Part shown: positions 50,930 to 61,146 of the stretch, one piece after another
Layout: each line of letters opens with the position of its first letter
How positions within the stretch are numbered: the first letter of the stretch is position 1
NCBI GenBank assembly: GCA_024643795.1
Contig: JAHEMF010000002.1
Location: forward strand, 14-64,013
Length of the DNA: 64,000 nt
Origin: Bacteroidota bacterium
GTDB taxonomy: Bacteria > Bacteroidota > Bacteroidia > AKYH767-A > OLB10
Reading direction: 5' to 3'
The notes under the pieces: generated by a model
Databases searched by the model: none
Told to the model about the DNA's origin: nothing
Seen by the model: the letters and a program-made list of their open reading frames with translations, nothing else
Program-made: the position numbers and the translations under genes

Positions 50930-51871
50930 ATGAAAAGACGTATACTAGTTACAGGAGGCGCTGGTTTTATTGGTAGTGCATTAGCTCAAAAACTAGCCAA
51001 GGATCCCGACAATCATGTTGTTATTGTTGATAACCTGACCACAGGAACTTTATCAAAGATCCCTGTCACCAAACATGATAATCTGAAATTTATCAAGGCA
51101 GATGTGAATGACTTTGAAGATATCTCAAGCATTTTTAATTCATACAGATTTCAATACGTATTTCATCTGGCCGCAGTAGTTGGTGTTAAGCGAACACTTT
51201 CTAATCCCGTAAAGGTGCTTAATGATATCACCGGTATCAAGAACATTTTAAACCTTTCAAAAAACACAGGTGTAAAGAGGATCTTTTTCTCCTCCTCGTC
51301 AGAAGTTTATGGTGAGCCGGTTGAGTTTCCACAAAATGAACACACTACACCTTTGAATTCACGCTTAGCATATGCTATCGTTAAAAATATTGGCGAAGCT
51401 TATCTCAGAGCATACAAGCTTGAGTTTGATCTTGACTTTACAATATTCAGATTCTTCAATACCTACGGTCCAAAGCAGAGTAAGGATTTTGTAATGTCAA
51501 AATTCCTTAATGCTGCAATCCACAACAGAGACATCACGGTTTATGGCGATGGCAGCCAAACAAGAACATTTTGTTACATAGATGATAATGTTGATGCCTG
51601 CCTGAGTGCTTTTTATAACGATAAAATGGTCAATGATGTAGTAAATATCGGAACAGATAATGAGATATCTATTCTTGAGTTAGCAAATATCATTATAAGG
51701 ATCACAGGGTCAAAATCCAAGGTTGTTCACTTGCCGGCTTTGAAAGAGGGTGATATGACACGCAGGTGTCCTGATAATTCTAAAATGATAGAACTGCTGA
51801 ATCGGCCTCTGACAACACTGGAGGATGGTATCCAGCATCTGATGTCTTCAAAACACCTGATAGAATCGTAA
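50930..51871 (+). CDS. NAD-dependent nucleotide-sugar epimerase/dehydratase
   Basis: TGGAGFIG, SSSEVYG, YAIVK (YxxxK), RFFNTYGP and GDGSQTRTF motifs. Confidence 0.88.
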   Translation: MKRRILVTGGAGFIGSALAQKLAKDPDNHVVIVDNLTTGTLSKIPVTKHDNLKFIKADVNDFEDISSIFNSYRFQYVFHLAAVVGVKRTLSNPVKVLNDITGIKNILNLSKNTGVKRIFFSSSSEVYGEPVEFPQNEHTTPLNSRLAYAIVKNIGEAYLRAYKLEFDLDFTIFRFFNTYGPKQSKDFVMSKFLNAAIHNRDITVYGDGSQTRTFCYIDDNVDACLSAFYNDKMVNDVVNIGTDNEISILELANIIIRITGSKSKVVHLPALKEGDMTRRCPDNSKMIELLNRPLTTLEDGIQHLMSSKHLIES

Positions 51872-51877
51872 GTATCA

Positions 51878-52852
51878 ATGCACACGTCAGCTGAACTGAG
51901 GAAAGTTATAGATACAGCTCTTGCAGATCTGAAAATAAAGGATCATCCAAAAGATCTGTATGATCCGATCAAATACATGCTATCGCTCGAGGCCAAGCGG
52001 ATGCGACCTGTACTCCTTATGATAGGTTGCGACATGTTTAAGGGCGATATCAGTGAAGCCTTACCGTGTGCGCTGGCCATAGAGGTGTTCCACAACTTCA
52101 CATTGTTGCATGATGATATTATGGACAATGCACCGCTCCGCCGTTCACAACAAACTGTTCACGAACGCTGGAATAACAACGTGGCTATACTCTCGGGTGA
52201 TACCATGTTTGTTATGGCATGTCAGCTCATGATGAAAGCCCCGGATGCTTGTTTGCGTGATGTTATGGACCTCTTCCTGCTTACATCTGCTGAGGTATGT
52301 GAAGGCCAGCAACTGGATATGGATTTCGAAAAAATGGATATAGTTGGAATTGATGATTATATTAGAATGATCAGCTTTAAAACGGCAGTATTGTTGGCTG
52401 CCAGTTTAAAGATCGGGGCGAAGATCGCCGGTGCGCCGGAGAGGGAGGCAGATCATCTTTATGAATTTGGAAGAAATATTGGAATAGCATTTCAGTTGAA
52501 AGATGATATTTTGGATGTGTTTGGCGACTCTCAACTTTTTGGCAAGCAGCAAGGCGGAGATATTTTATCGGATAAAAAAACTTTTTTACTTCTGAAGGCA
52601 ATGGAATTATCGGGAGCTGAAGAACAAAAGGTGATGAAGAGCTGGATTAACAATGCCGATAATGACCCAGTAGGAAAGGTCAGAGCCATTACCGAAATAT
52701 ATGAGAGTTTAGGTATCAAAGACCTTGCAGAAAAGGAGATGGAGAAGTATTATAACATTGCCATGAGCCATTTGAATGAAGTAAATGTTGAAAGCATAAA
52801 TAAGCAATCACTTCAGGAATTTGCTGGGAAACTCATGGTGAGGCAATCTTAA
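51878..52852 (+). CDS. Polyprenyl diphosphate synthase (GGPP/FPP synthase type)
   Basis: KRMRP, LLHDDIMD (FARM), EGQQLD, FKTA and FQLKDDILD (SARM) motifs. Confidence 0.92.
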   Translation: MHTSAELRKVIDTALADLKIKDHPKDLYDPIKYMLSLEAKRMRPVLLMIGCDMFKGDISEALPCALAIEVFHNFTLLHDDIMDNAPLRRSQQTVHERWNNNVAILSGDTMFVMACQLMMKAPDACLRDVMDLFLLTSAEVCEGQQLDMDFEKMDIVGIDDYIRMISFKTAVLLAASLKIGAKIAGAPEREADHLYEFGRNIGIAFQLKDDILDVFGDSQLFGKQQGGDILSDKKTFLLLKAMELSGAEEQKVMKSWINNADNDPVGKVRAITEIYESLGIKDLAEKEMEKYYNIAMSHLNEVNVESINKQSLQEFAGKLMVRQS

Positions 52853-52870
52853 CTGCCGTACAAGGCAGAT

Positions 52871-54184
52871 TCATTTTTCAGCTAGCGTTTTTTTATATGT
52901 GCTAAGGCATCGTTCACGAGCAAATTTGTGCTCAACAATAGCATCAGGATATTCTGGTTCCTGGAATTCGGGAACCCACTTTTTTATATAAGAAAATTCA
53001 GGATCGAATTTTCTTGTTTGTTCATACGGATTAAATATCCTGAAATAGGGTGCAGCATCGCATCCTGAACCTGCTGCCCATTGCCACCCTCCATTGTTGG
53101 AGGAAAGTTCAAAGTCAAGCAATTTTTCTGCAAAATATGCTTCACCCCAACGCCAATCGATAAGCAAATGCTTGGTAAGAAAACTGGCAGTTATCATACG
53201 TAAACGGTTGTGCATGAATCCTGTTGTATTCAGTTGTCGCATACCGGCATCAACTATAGGGTATCCAGTTTTCCCCTGGCACCACCTATCAAATTCTGCT
53301 TCATTGTTTCTCCAGGTTAAACGATCATAATCTTTCTTGAATGCGCTATCTACAACATATGGGAAATGCCACATGATCATCATATAAAATTCCCGCCAGA
53401 TGAGTTCATTTAACCAGGTTTGCGAACCAACTTCCAATGCCTTTGAAACAAGTTGTCTGATGCTTACCGTTCCAAATCGTAAATGAACACTCACATGACT
53501 GGTCGCATCCATTGCAGGGTAGTCTCGATTTTCATGATACGCTTTGAGTAATGAATCTCCCAGATTTGGAGAAGGTACTTTGAGGTCTGAGGCTTTAAAT
53601 CCAAATGATTCCAGTTTAGGATACTCAGCACTTTCCATGGGGGAAAAACAATTGTTATTTATGGGGAAGTTTGAACCAGCATGAAAATTAGGGTCCAGCT
53701 TATCAAGCCACCTGTTCTTATAGGGTGTAAAAACCACATAAGGAGTCCCATTATCTTTTAAAATATCTGACCTTTCAAATATCACCTGGTCTTTGAAGGT
53801 ATGAAACTCTATTCCTTGTGAGTTAAGTAGTTCTTTAACTTTATAGTCTCTTTTGGTAGCATAAGGTTCATAATCATGATTTGTGTATACGGCATGCACC
53901 GGAAATTCTGACAAGATTTTTTTCCATTCTTCTGTCGGTTCCCCATACCTTATCATCAAACCTGACCCATAATCTTGTAATGTATTGTGGATAGATAGTA
54001 ACTGATTATAAATGAATGTGACCCTTGCATCATGTTTGTTTGTGAGCTTGTCCAGGATGTTTTTGTCAAATATGAATAAACACTGAACCTTGAAACCAGA
54101 TCGCAATGCTTGCTGCAATGCAGTGTTATCATCTAAACGAAGGTCGCGCCTGAACCAGAAGAAAACCGGTTTTGGGTTTCCCAT
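52871..54184 (-). CDS. phrB: Deoxyribodipyrimidine photolyase (class I CPD type)
   Basis: WFRRDLRLDDN, ELIWREFY, GKTGYPIVDAGMR, MHNRLRM and NNGGWQW..YFRIFNP motifs. Confidence 0.92.
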   Translation of the reverse strand: MGNPKPVFFWFRRDLRLDDNTALQQALRSGFKVQCLFIFDKNILDKLTNKHDARVTFIYNQLLSIHNTLQDYGSGLMIRYGEPTEEWKKILSEFPVHAVYTNHDYEPYATKRDYKVKELLNSQGIEFHTFKDQVIFERSDILKDNGTPYVVFTPYKNRWLDKLDPNFHAGSNFPINNNCFSPMESAEYPKLESFGFKASDLKVPSPNLGDSLLKAYHENRDYPAMDATSHVSVHLRFGTVSIRQLVSKALEVGSQTWLNELIWREFYMMIMWHFPYVVDSAFKKDYDRLTWRNNEAEFDRWCQGKTGYPIVDAGMRQLNTTGFMHNRLRMITASFLTKHLLIDWRWGEAYFAEKLLDFELSSNNGGWQWAAGSGCDAAPYFRIFNPYEQTRKFDPEFSYIKKWVPEFQEPEYPDAIVEHKFARERCLSTYKKTLAEK

Positions 54185-54185
54185 A

Positions 54186-55097
54186 TCAGTTAATAAGGTT
54201 TTTTATGGCTTTATCAGCTCTGTCGAACTTAAACTTAAATCCGGCTTTTATTATCTTCTCGGAAGATGCCCGGCTTCCTTCGGTTAGGAGAATTGCCATG
54301 CCACCCAGAAATAATTTTAGAATAGGCGCAGGTACCCGAACGGTCAAATAAAGGCCGCCAAGGACCTGTTTGAAAAGGGTCACCAAATTCCGCATGCTTA
54401 GTGGGCCAGGCGACACAGCATTGTAAGTGCCACGGAATTGATTCTGGCTAATACAGGCTGATATCAGGCAACACAGATCTTCAATATGTATCCAGCTTAA
54501 ATATTGTTCTCCAGTTCCATAAACCGGAGCTATTCTGAACTTAAAAGGGATAAGTGTAGTGGGGAAAAATCCACCCTCCTTTGCAAGCACATTTCCAATT
54601 CTTAAGATAACATTTCTGACTTCAGGTGAAGCTTTTTCTGATTCAGCTTCCCAACGAGTGCATACATTTCCAAGAAAATTTGTAACGGCAGGACTGTCTT
54701 CATGCACTATTGACATACCTGTATCACCATAGATACCGGTTGCTGAAGAGTGAATCATTACCTTAACCTCTGATCCGGCACTTTTTACTTTATTAACTAA
54801 AAGCCGGGTCGATATTACTCTGCTGTTCATGATCTCCCGCTTTCGCCATGGTGTCCATAAGCTGTCAGCAATTCCGGCACCACTCAAATTTACCACAGCT
54901 TCTACACCATTCAATGCCTCATCATCAAACTCGTTTTTCATGGGGTCCCAATGGAATACGTTTTCTGAGGGTCTCGAAGGGCCTCTTGTCAGGATCTTGA
55001 TCTTGTATCCGGAGGCGGCCAAAAGCAATGAAAGGTGTTGACCTACAAGGCCGGATCCGCCGGCTATTAGAACAGATTTATTGCGATTCAACTGCAC
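54186..55097 (-). CDS. TIGR01777 (YfcH-like) NAD-dependent oxidoreductase
   Basis: GGSGLVG, VNLSGAGIAD..W, SRVIST, WIHIEDL and GFKFKF motifs. Confidence 0.85.
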   Translation of the reverse strand: MQLNRNKSVLIAGGSGLVGQHLSLLLAASGYKIKILTRGPSRPSENVFHWDPMKNEFDDEALNGVEAVVNLSGAGIADSLWTPWRKREIMNSRVISTRLLVNKVKSAGSEVKVMIHSSATGIYGDTGMSIVHEDSPAVTNFLGNVCTRWEAESEKASPEVRNVILRIGNVLAKEGGFFPTTLIPFKFRIAPVYGTGEQYLSWIHIEDLCCLISACISQNQFRGTYNAVSPGPLSMRNLVTLFKQVLGGLYLTVRVPAPILKLFLGGMAILLTEGSRASSEKIIKAGFKFKFDRADKAIKNLIN

Positions 55098-55261
55098 AAA
55101 TATTTAACAAAATCCCACAAGTATAAGTTTTGATCAGGCCCTTAGGCCCTCAGGTGCCTCAAAATTAACGTATTTTGTTGAGTCAATTTGTTGAAAACTT
55201 TAACAACTCTCATTGGTTTAACTATTATCAAACACTAATGTTAAGCCTAAATTTGTTGAAT

Positions 55262-55597
55262 ATGAAGTATAAGAAGCATGTTTTTATTTGTACCAACCAG
55301 CGTCCTGATGGAAGTAGAGTATGTTGTGGTGAACAGCATGGGCTTGAATTAGTGCGTGAATTTAAGAAGCAAATAAAAGACAGGGGGTTGAATACCGAGA
55401 TCCGTGCTCAAAAGGCTGGATGTATGGATACTTGTGAACTGGGTCCTAGTGTAGTGGTGTACCCTGAAGGAGTATTTTATGGTGGTGTAAATACCACAGA
55501 TGTTAATGAAATTGTAGAAAGTCACCTAAAAAATGATAGGGTAGTTGAAAGGCTGGTTATGAATTTTGATGCTGATGACACAAAATCAGGAAATTGA
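55262..55597 (+). CDS. Thioredoxin-like [2Fe-2S] ferredoxin
   Basis: HVFICTNQR..CC, GCMDTCELGPSVVVYPEG and EIVESHL motifs; start at ATG 55262. Confidence 0.88.
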   Translation: MKYKKHVFICTNQRPDGSRVCCGEQHGLELVREFKKQIKDRGLNTEIRAQKAGCMDTCELGPSVVVYPEGVFYGGVNTTDVNEIVESHLKNDRVVERLVMNFDADDTKSGN

Positions 55598-55931
55598 GAA
55601 GTACCGGAATGACCTGGAGGTTATCAGAAACACGGCAGAGCAGGTTATCAAAGATTTTGACCTCTATGGTCATAATATAACCTTCTCAGGTGATGAGTCC
55701 ATGGCATACCGGGAACTTGAACAGCAATTGGTTCCATTGCTCGAAACTGTTTACAAGAGATCTGGAAGTGAATTCAGGAATCTGATGTATAGAATAGATG
55801 TAAGTGAAACTGATGCAAACAAGGCACTCGAATACCCTGATGAACGGGGAAGATTTTTGCAATTAGCAGGTCTGGTGCTTGAGCGCGAATTTATGAAATG
55901 TGTGACCAGAAAGTTATTTAGTAGTAAGTAG
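55569..55931 (+). CDS. Conserved hypothetical protein
   Basis: QVIKDF, NLMYRIDVSE and REFMK motifs typical of a small Bacteroidota family; exact start uncertain. Confidence 0.7.
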   Translation: MLMTQNQEIEKYRNDLEVIRNTAEQVIKDFDLYGHNITFSGDESMAYRELEQQLVPLLETVYKRSGSEFRNLMYRIDVSETDANKALEYPDERGRFLQLAGLVLEREFMKCVTRKLFSSK

Positions 55932-55970
55932 AAAAAACAATAGTCCTTTCAGCAATGTTAAGGTGTTAAT

Positions 55971-56852
55971 ATGAATAATTTCACCATAAAAGATATAGAG
56001 AATTTGACTGGTATCAAGTCTCATACTCTCAGGATCTGGGAGCAAAGGTATGGTATACCTAATCCAAAACGAACTTCTACAAATATCCGGTTTTACGATA
56101 ACGACGACCTGAAGCTGTTGCTGAATGTATCACTTTTGAACCGCAAGGGACATAAAATATCTCACATTACTGCTTTGTCGAAAGAGGAAATGGAAAAAAT
56201 GATCCTTTCCTATTCATCCGAAACCACGGATACGAATGTTCAACTCGATTGTCTGATGTCTGCTATGTTCAACTTAGATGAAGCAGCTTTTGAAAGGATG
56301 CTTTCCACTCATTTGATGAAACAGGGTCTTGAGAAAACATTACTTGAACTGTTTTTCCCATTTCTTAATAAGATCGGGTTTTTGTGGCAAGCCGGACAGG
56401 TTCATCCTGCATTCGAACATTTTTTGAGTAACCTGATCAGACAAAAGGTGATAGTTGCCATAGATGCACAGTCAGCAGCAAGAAAAAAAGATGCTAAAAC
56501 TTTTGTCTTGTACCTGCCTTCAAGTGAGATGCATGAACTGGGATTGTTATTTGCAAATTATCTCATACGCTCACGCGGACATCACTCGATCTATCTGGGT
56601 CAGAACTTACCATGTCCTGAATTAAAGCTGATATTGGATAAGTGTAATAGCGACTACATACTTACAGTTCTAACCAATGCGCAGGATGATATTCAAAAGT
56701 TCATCAACGATCTCTCATCCCAATACTCTGACAAACAGATAATCATTTCAGGCAGGCAGGTATGTATGGCACAATCACTGAAGGCTCCTAAAAATGTGAC
56801 ATTGGTTTATGATATGAAAGAATTGGTTGGTTTGATTGATTCTGTAAAATAG
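55971..56852 (+). CDS. MerR-family transcriptional regulator with a B12-binding domain (CarH/LitR-like)
   Basis: MerR HTH IKDIENLTGIKSHTLRIWEQRY; W-x9-EH motif (WQAGQVHPAFEH); ExHxxG (EMHELG); YLGQNLP. Confidence 0.88.
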   Translation: MNNFTIKDIENLTGIKSHTLRIWEQRYGIPNPKRTSTNIRFYDNDDLKLLLNVSLLNRKGHKISHITALSKEEMEKMILSYSSETTDTNVQLDCLMSAMFNLDEAAFERMLSTHLMKQGLEKTLLELFFPFLNKIGFLWQAGQVHPAFEHFLSNLIRQKVIVAIDAQSAARKKDAKTFVLYLPSSEMHELGLLFANYLIRSRGHHSIYLGQNLPCPELKLILDKCNSDYILTVLTNAQDDIQKFINDLSSQYSDKQIIISGRQVCMAQSLKAPKNVTLVYDMKELVGLIDSVK

Positions 56853-56854
56853 AA

Positions 56855-58132
56855 TTAACCGGCGATCACGAGATAGTAATTCTTTTTTCCTTTTTGCACT
56901 AATATATACTTATCATTCAAAAGGTTCTTGACATCAACGACAAATGATATGTCAGAAACCTTTTCCTTGTTAAGGCTCACACCACCTCCTGTTATCATTT
57001 TTCTGGCTTCGCCTCTTGAAGGAAAAACTTCGGTTTTATCGGAAAGGAATTCAACCACACCTATCCCTGTTTCCAGTTCAGACCTGTTTAAGTTGACTTG
57101 AGGAACCCCTTCCATTACTGATAACAATAATTTTTCCGGAATTGATTGTAACTGATCTGCGGTTGACCGTCCAAATAGGATCTCTGATGCTTCAACAGAA
57201 TTGTTATAATCTGTTTCTGAGTGGACTCTGATAGTCAGATCCTTTGCCAGTGCTTTTTGAAGGAGACGGGCAGCCGGATTTTCTGCATGATCTTTTTCTA
57301 AAGCACTGATCTCTTCCTGAGACAGCAATGAAAATATTCTTAAAAACTTGCCGGCATCTTCATCACTGCTATTGAGCCAGAATTGATAAAACATATATGG
57401 CGAAGTACGTTCAGGGTCCAGCCATACATTTCCTTTTTCTGTTTTCCCGAACTTGCCACCATCAGCTTTAGTTATAAGGGGGTTTGTAAGGGCAAATGCT
57501 TCACCTCCTGCCATCCTGCGTATCAACTCTGAACCGGTAACAATGTTACCCCATTGATCGGATCCTCCCATCTGAACCTTGCAATTCTTGTTCTTGTGTA
57601 ACCAGTAAAAGTCATATCCCTGAACAAGCTGATATGAGAATTCAGTAAACGAGATACCTGATTCAAGTCTGTTTTGAACTGAATCTTTTGACATCATATA
57701 GCTTACCGTAATATGTTTGCCCACCTCCCTTATAAAATCAAGAAAGTTCATGTTTTTGAACCAGTCATAATTGTTCACTATTTCTGCGCTGTTTTCTGAA
57801 GTGCCAAAATCGAGGAATTTCTCCAGCTGTTTTTTGATACACTCTTCATTATGACGAAGTGTTGCTTCATCGAGTAGGTTCCGCTCTTCTGATTTACCTG
57901 ATGGATCACCTACCATTCCTGTGGCTCCTCCAACCAATGCAATTGGTTTATGGCCGTACCGCTGAAAATGTACCAGCAACATTATTGGTACCAGATTTCC
58001 AATATGAAGTGAATCGGAAGTTGGATCAAATCCCGCATATCCGGTAATGCTTCCTGAATCAAGAAGCTCTTTGGTGCCGGGCATAATATCGTGGATCATT
58101 CCACGCCATTGTAACTCTTCTATAAATCCCAT
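56855..58132 (-). CDS. tyrS: Tyrosine--tRNA ligase
   Basis: [24 protein letters not shown] and KFGKT motifs; C-terminal S4 domain. Confidence 0.96.
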   Translation of the reverse strand: MGFIEELQWRGMIHDIMPGTKELLDSGSITGYAGFDPTSDSLHIGNLVPIMLLVHFQRYGHKPIALVGGATGMVGDPSGKSEERNLLDEATLRHNEECIKKQLEKFLDFGTSENSAEIVNNYDWFKNMNFLDFIREVGKHITVSYMMSKDSVQNRLESGISFTEFSYQLVQGYDFYWLHKNKNCKVQMGGSDQWGNIVTGSELIRRMAGGEAFALTNPLITKADGGKFGKTEKGNVWLDPERTSPYMFYQFWLNSSDEDAGKFLRIFSLLSQEEISALEKDHAENPAARLLQKALAKDLTIRVHSETDYNNSVEASEILFGRSTADQLQSIPEKLLLSVMEGVPQVNLNRSELETGIGVVEFLSDKTEVFPSRGEARKMITGGGVSLNKEKVSDISFVVDVKNLLNDKYILVQKGKKNYYLVIAG

Positions 58133-58204
58133 CAACTAAAAATTTGCCCAAAGATACATGTTACATAACAATTGGTAAGCACTCCTAATGATTACATTTG
58201 CAGC

Positions 58205-59203
58205 ATGATATTAGTGACAGGTGGCACAGGTTTATTAGGATCCCGACTATTATTTGATCTTGTTCAAAGTGGTCATTTTGTGCGGGCTGTAAAAAGGCCT
58301 CAGTCAAGAATGAATTGTGTAAACCGGTATTTCAATAACCATCCTGAACTACTCAGCAAAATAGAGTGGGTGGAGGCAGACATTACAGACTATTATTCCA
58401 TTGAGGACGCTTTGCGCGATGTGCAAATGGTTTACCATTGTGCTGCCCGTGTTTCTTTTTACTCAGGTGACAGAGATAAAATACTCAATGAAAATATAAG
58501 CGGAACAGCCAATGTGGTTAATGCATGTTTAGAAAATGGTGCAATAAGACTGCTGTATGTTAGCTCTGTAGCTGCCCTGGGAAGATCTGAGCAAGGAGAG
58601 AATATTGATGAGAGTTCATCGTGGAAAACCTCTCCATATAATTCAATTTATGCAATAAGTAAATATGCAGCTGAACGTGAAGTTTGGAGGGGCATGGCCG
58701 AAGGACTCAATGCTGTGATCATTAACCCTTCTATTATACTTGGTCCGGGGAATTGGAAAACCGACAGTAGCATGCTTTTTACAAGAATATGGAATGGGCT
58801 TAAATTTTATTCGGATGGAATAAATGGTTTTGTTGGACTTGAAGATACAGTGCAATGTATGATCAGGCTTATGGAAAGTGGAGTAAGGTCTGAGAGGTTT
58901 ATTGTTTCAGCTGAGAATATGGGATTTCGCGAACTTTTTAATTTGATAGCTGATGGCTTACACAAGCCCCGGCCTTCAATTCATGCAGGTCCTTTGTTAT
59001 CAGGCATTGCCTGGAGGCTGGATGCGTTGCGCTCTGCTGTTACCGGAAAGAAACCAGCTATCACAAGAGAAAATGTTGTTTCCGCATCCAAGCGGTCATA
59101 CTACAATAACCAAAAGATAAAACGCAGTATAGGTATAGAATTTAAGCCTGTAAATTATGTTGTAAATGAAACAGCAGATATTTTTTTGGCTGACAAGAAA
59201 TAA
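58205..59203 (+). CDS. NAD-dependent epimerase/dehydratase (dihydroflavonol reductase-like SDR)
   Basis: ILVTGGTGLLG, VYHCAA, VSSVAALG and YAISK motifs; start ATG 58205 after TACATTTG. Confidence 0.87.
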   Translation: MILVTGGTGLLGSRLLFDLVQSGHFVRAVKRPQSRMNCVNRYFNNHPELLSKIEWVEADITDYYSIEDALRDVQMVYHCAARVSFYSGDRDKILNENISGTANVVNACLENGAIRLLYVSSVAALGRSEQGENIDESSSWKTSPYNSIYAISKYAAEREVWRGMAEGLNAVIINPSIILGPGNWKTDSSMLFTRIWNGLKFYSDGINGFVGLEDTVQCMIRLMESGVRSERFIVSAENMGFRELFNLIADGLHKPRPSIHAGPLLSGIAWRLDALRSAVTGKKPAITRENVVSASKRSYYNNQKIKRSIGIEFKPVNYVVNETADIFLADKK

Positions 59204-59204
59204 A

Positions 59205-60236
59205 TCAGGCTGTTGAGCTCTGATTCCATCGGCTTTTTCTGAAAACAGCGTGAGCATTTTTTTTCACCTTTCCTTTGCGCAATTTCTTTTGTTCATCAAT
59301 TGGAAGGTGGATAAATTCTACACATTTATCGCCACAGCATCCTTCATGTTTTTTCCTGCAATCATCGCATTGAATAAAAAGCATATGGCATTCATCATTA
59401 GCGCAATTCACATGATTGTCGCATTTGTTGCCACATTGGTGGCATTCAGAAATTACCTCATCGCTGATCCTCTCACCGAGTCTTTCATCGAAAACAAAAT
59501 TTTTACCTATGAAAGTGGAATCGAGATTTTGTAATTTAACCTGTCGTGCATAATCAATTATCCCTCCGTGCAACTGATTGACATCTGAGAAACCTTTGTG
59601 TTTAAAATAAGCACTTGCCTTTTCGCATCTAATACCACCGGTACAATAAAGTAAAATCTTACTGTCCTTATTGTCTTTAACTGACTCAACCGCTGCAGGT
59701 AGTGTGTCTCTGAAAGTATCAGTATCAGGAAGGATCGCGCCCTTGAAAAAACCGACTTCACTTTCATAATGATTGCGCATGTCTATCACAATAGTAGACG
59801 GATCTTTCAAAGCTTCATTGAATTCCAAAGCAGAAAGGTGCTTACCTACATTGGTCACATCAAATTCATTATCATTGAGTCCGTCAGCAACTATCTTGTT
59901 ACGTACTTTAACAATAAGCTTGTAAAATGATTTGCCATTATCTTCAACAGCGATCTTGAACGGCATATCAGATAGTCCCGCTGTATGATCAAGCAGATCC
60001 TTGAACGGCCCCATATTAAATTCTGGGATGCTTATCTGAGCATTTATACCTTCGTGGGCAACATAGATACGTCCTAATATATTTAACTCATCGAAATCTT
60101 TATAGAGTTCATTTCGAAAATTATCGGGTTCTTCGATGTTAACATACCTGTAAAAAGAAAGCGTGACCCTGCTGAATTCTTCATCAGCAAGTCTTTTCTT
60201 CAGCTCTTCTTTCGAATATATATTGTAAAGAGGCAT
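59205..60236 (-). CDS. trhO: tRNA uridine(34) hydroxylase TrhO (YceA, rhodanese domain)
   Basis: [32 protein letters not shown] and GKNFVFDER motifs; C-terminal Cys cluster. Confidence 0.9.
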   Translation of the reverse strand: MPLYNIYSKEELKKRLADEEFSRVTLSFYRYVNIEEPDNFRNELYKDFDELNILGRIYVAHEGINAQISIPEFNMGPFKDLLDHTAGLSDMPFKIAVEDNGKSFYKLIVKVRNKIVADGLNDNEFDVTNVGKHLSALEFNEALKDPSTIVIDMRNHYESEVGFFKGAILPDTDTFRDTLPAAVESVKDNKDSKILLYCTGGIRCEKASAYFKHKGFSDVNQLHGGIIDYARQVKLQNLDSTFIGKNFVFDERLGERISDEVISECHQCGNKCDNHVNCANDECHMLFIQCDDCRKKHEGCCGDKCVEFIHLPIDEQKKLRKGKVKKNAHAVFRKSRWNQSSTA

Positions 60237-60256
60237 GGATGCAGGTCAATAAATTT

Positions 60257-60490
60257 TCAGGATGCAGAAGATCGGCGGTTCTTATACCAGATCCCAAAAG
60301 CGATTCCACCCATAAGATAAGGGATCGCCATCAGGTATAGGATACCTGAATTTAAACCAACACCTACTTTCCTGTCTTCTTCATTCAGGCTCGACTGAGC
60401 TACAGCACGGCACATAGAACACTGAGCTAAAACTGACTCAGAAGAAACAGCCAATAAAATGATAATCAGTATGATGCGTAATGCTTTCAT
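60257..60490 (-). CDS. Small conserved membrane protein
   Basis: AQCSMCRA..GLNSGILYLMAIPY motif, typically found next to DUF420/cox genes in Bacteroidota. Confidence 0.75.
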   Translation of the reverse strand: MKALRIILIIILLAVSSESVLAQCSMCRAVAQSSLNEEDRKVGVGLNSGILYLMAIPYLMGGIAFGIWYKNRRSSAS

Positions 60491-60527
60491 TGTTCGATGC
60501 AAAGCACAAATATACAAATAATGCAGG

Positions 60528-61070
60528 TCAGAAGCTATAGTACGGGCTAATCATCAGGTATACTGCTACCCCGGAGGCAGTAACATATAACCAAATGGGA
60601 TATGACCAACGGGTGAGTTTACGATGTGAAGCGATCTTTCCGGTCAACCCATAGTAAAAAGACACCAATACCATCGGTAGCACCACTGCTGCTAATATAA
60701 TATGGGTGACGAGGATGGTTAGATAAACAGGCCGGATAGGATTTTCGGTTGGGAATTTGGTCTCAATACCGTATGAATGAAAAAGGACGTATGAAAGCAA
60801 AAAAATGGTCGATAAAAAGAAGGCGGTCAGGTTGAGTTTTTTGTGGATGCTTATTTTCTTCTTTTTAATAAAATACAATGATGCTATAAGCAATATGCAA
60901 CATGTTCCGTTCAGGAATGCATTTAATGTTGGTAAGTAGGAAACAAAATCAGGTATGTGTTCCGCCTTGGGTAGAGATCCAAGAATGAGTACTAGTAAAA
61001 AAACTATAGCAGAAACTATATAAACTATGCGAAGTGTAACTTTTTCTGATAGATCCTTAAGTATCTCCAT
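60528..61070 (-). CDS. DUF420 membrane protein
   Basis: LPTLNAFLNG, FLLSYV, LVTHIILA and HRKL.RW.YPIWLYV..SGV.VYLM motifs. Confidence 0.88.
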   Translation of the reverse strand: MEILKDLSEKVTLRIVYIVSAIVFLLVLILGSLPKAEHIPDFVSYLPTLNAFLNGTCCILLIASLYFIKKKKISIHKKLNLTAFFLSTIFLLSYVLFHSYGIETKFPTENPIRPVYLTILVTHIILAAVVLPMVLVSFYYGLTGKIASHRKLTRWSYPIWLYVTASGVAVYLMISPYYSF

Positions 61071-61146
61071 TATTAATTGCTAAAGTAGTTTTTCAGATAG
61101 AACAGTATAGGTCTCGAAATAGTATAATACACATTACAATATAGGG

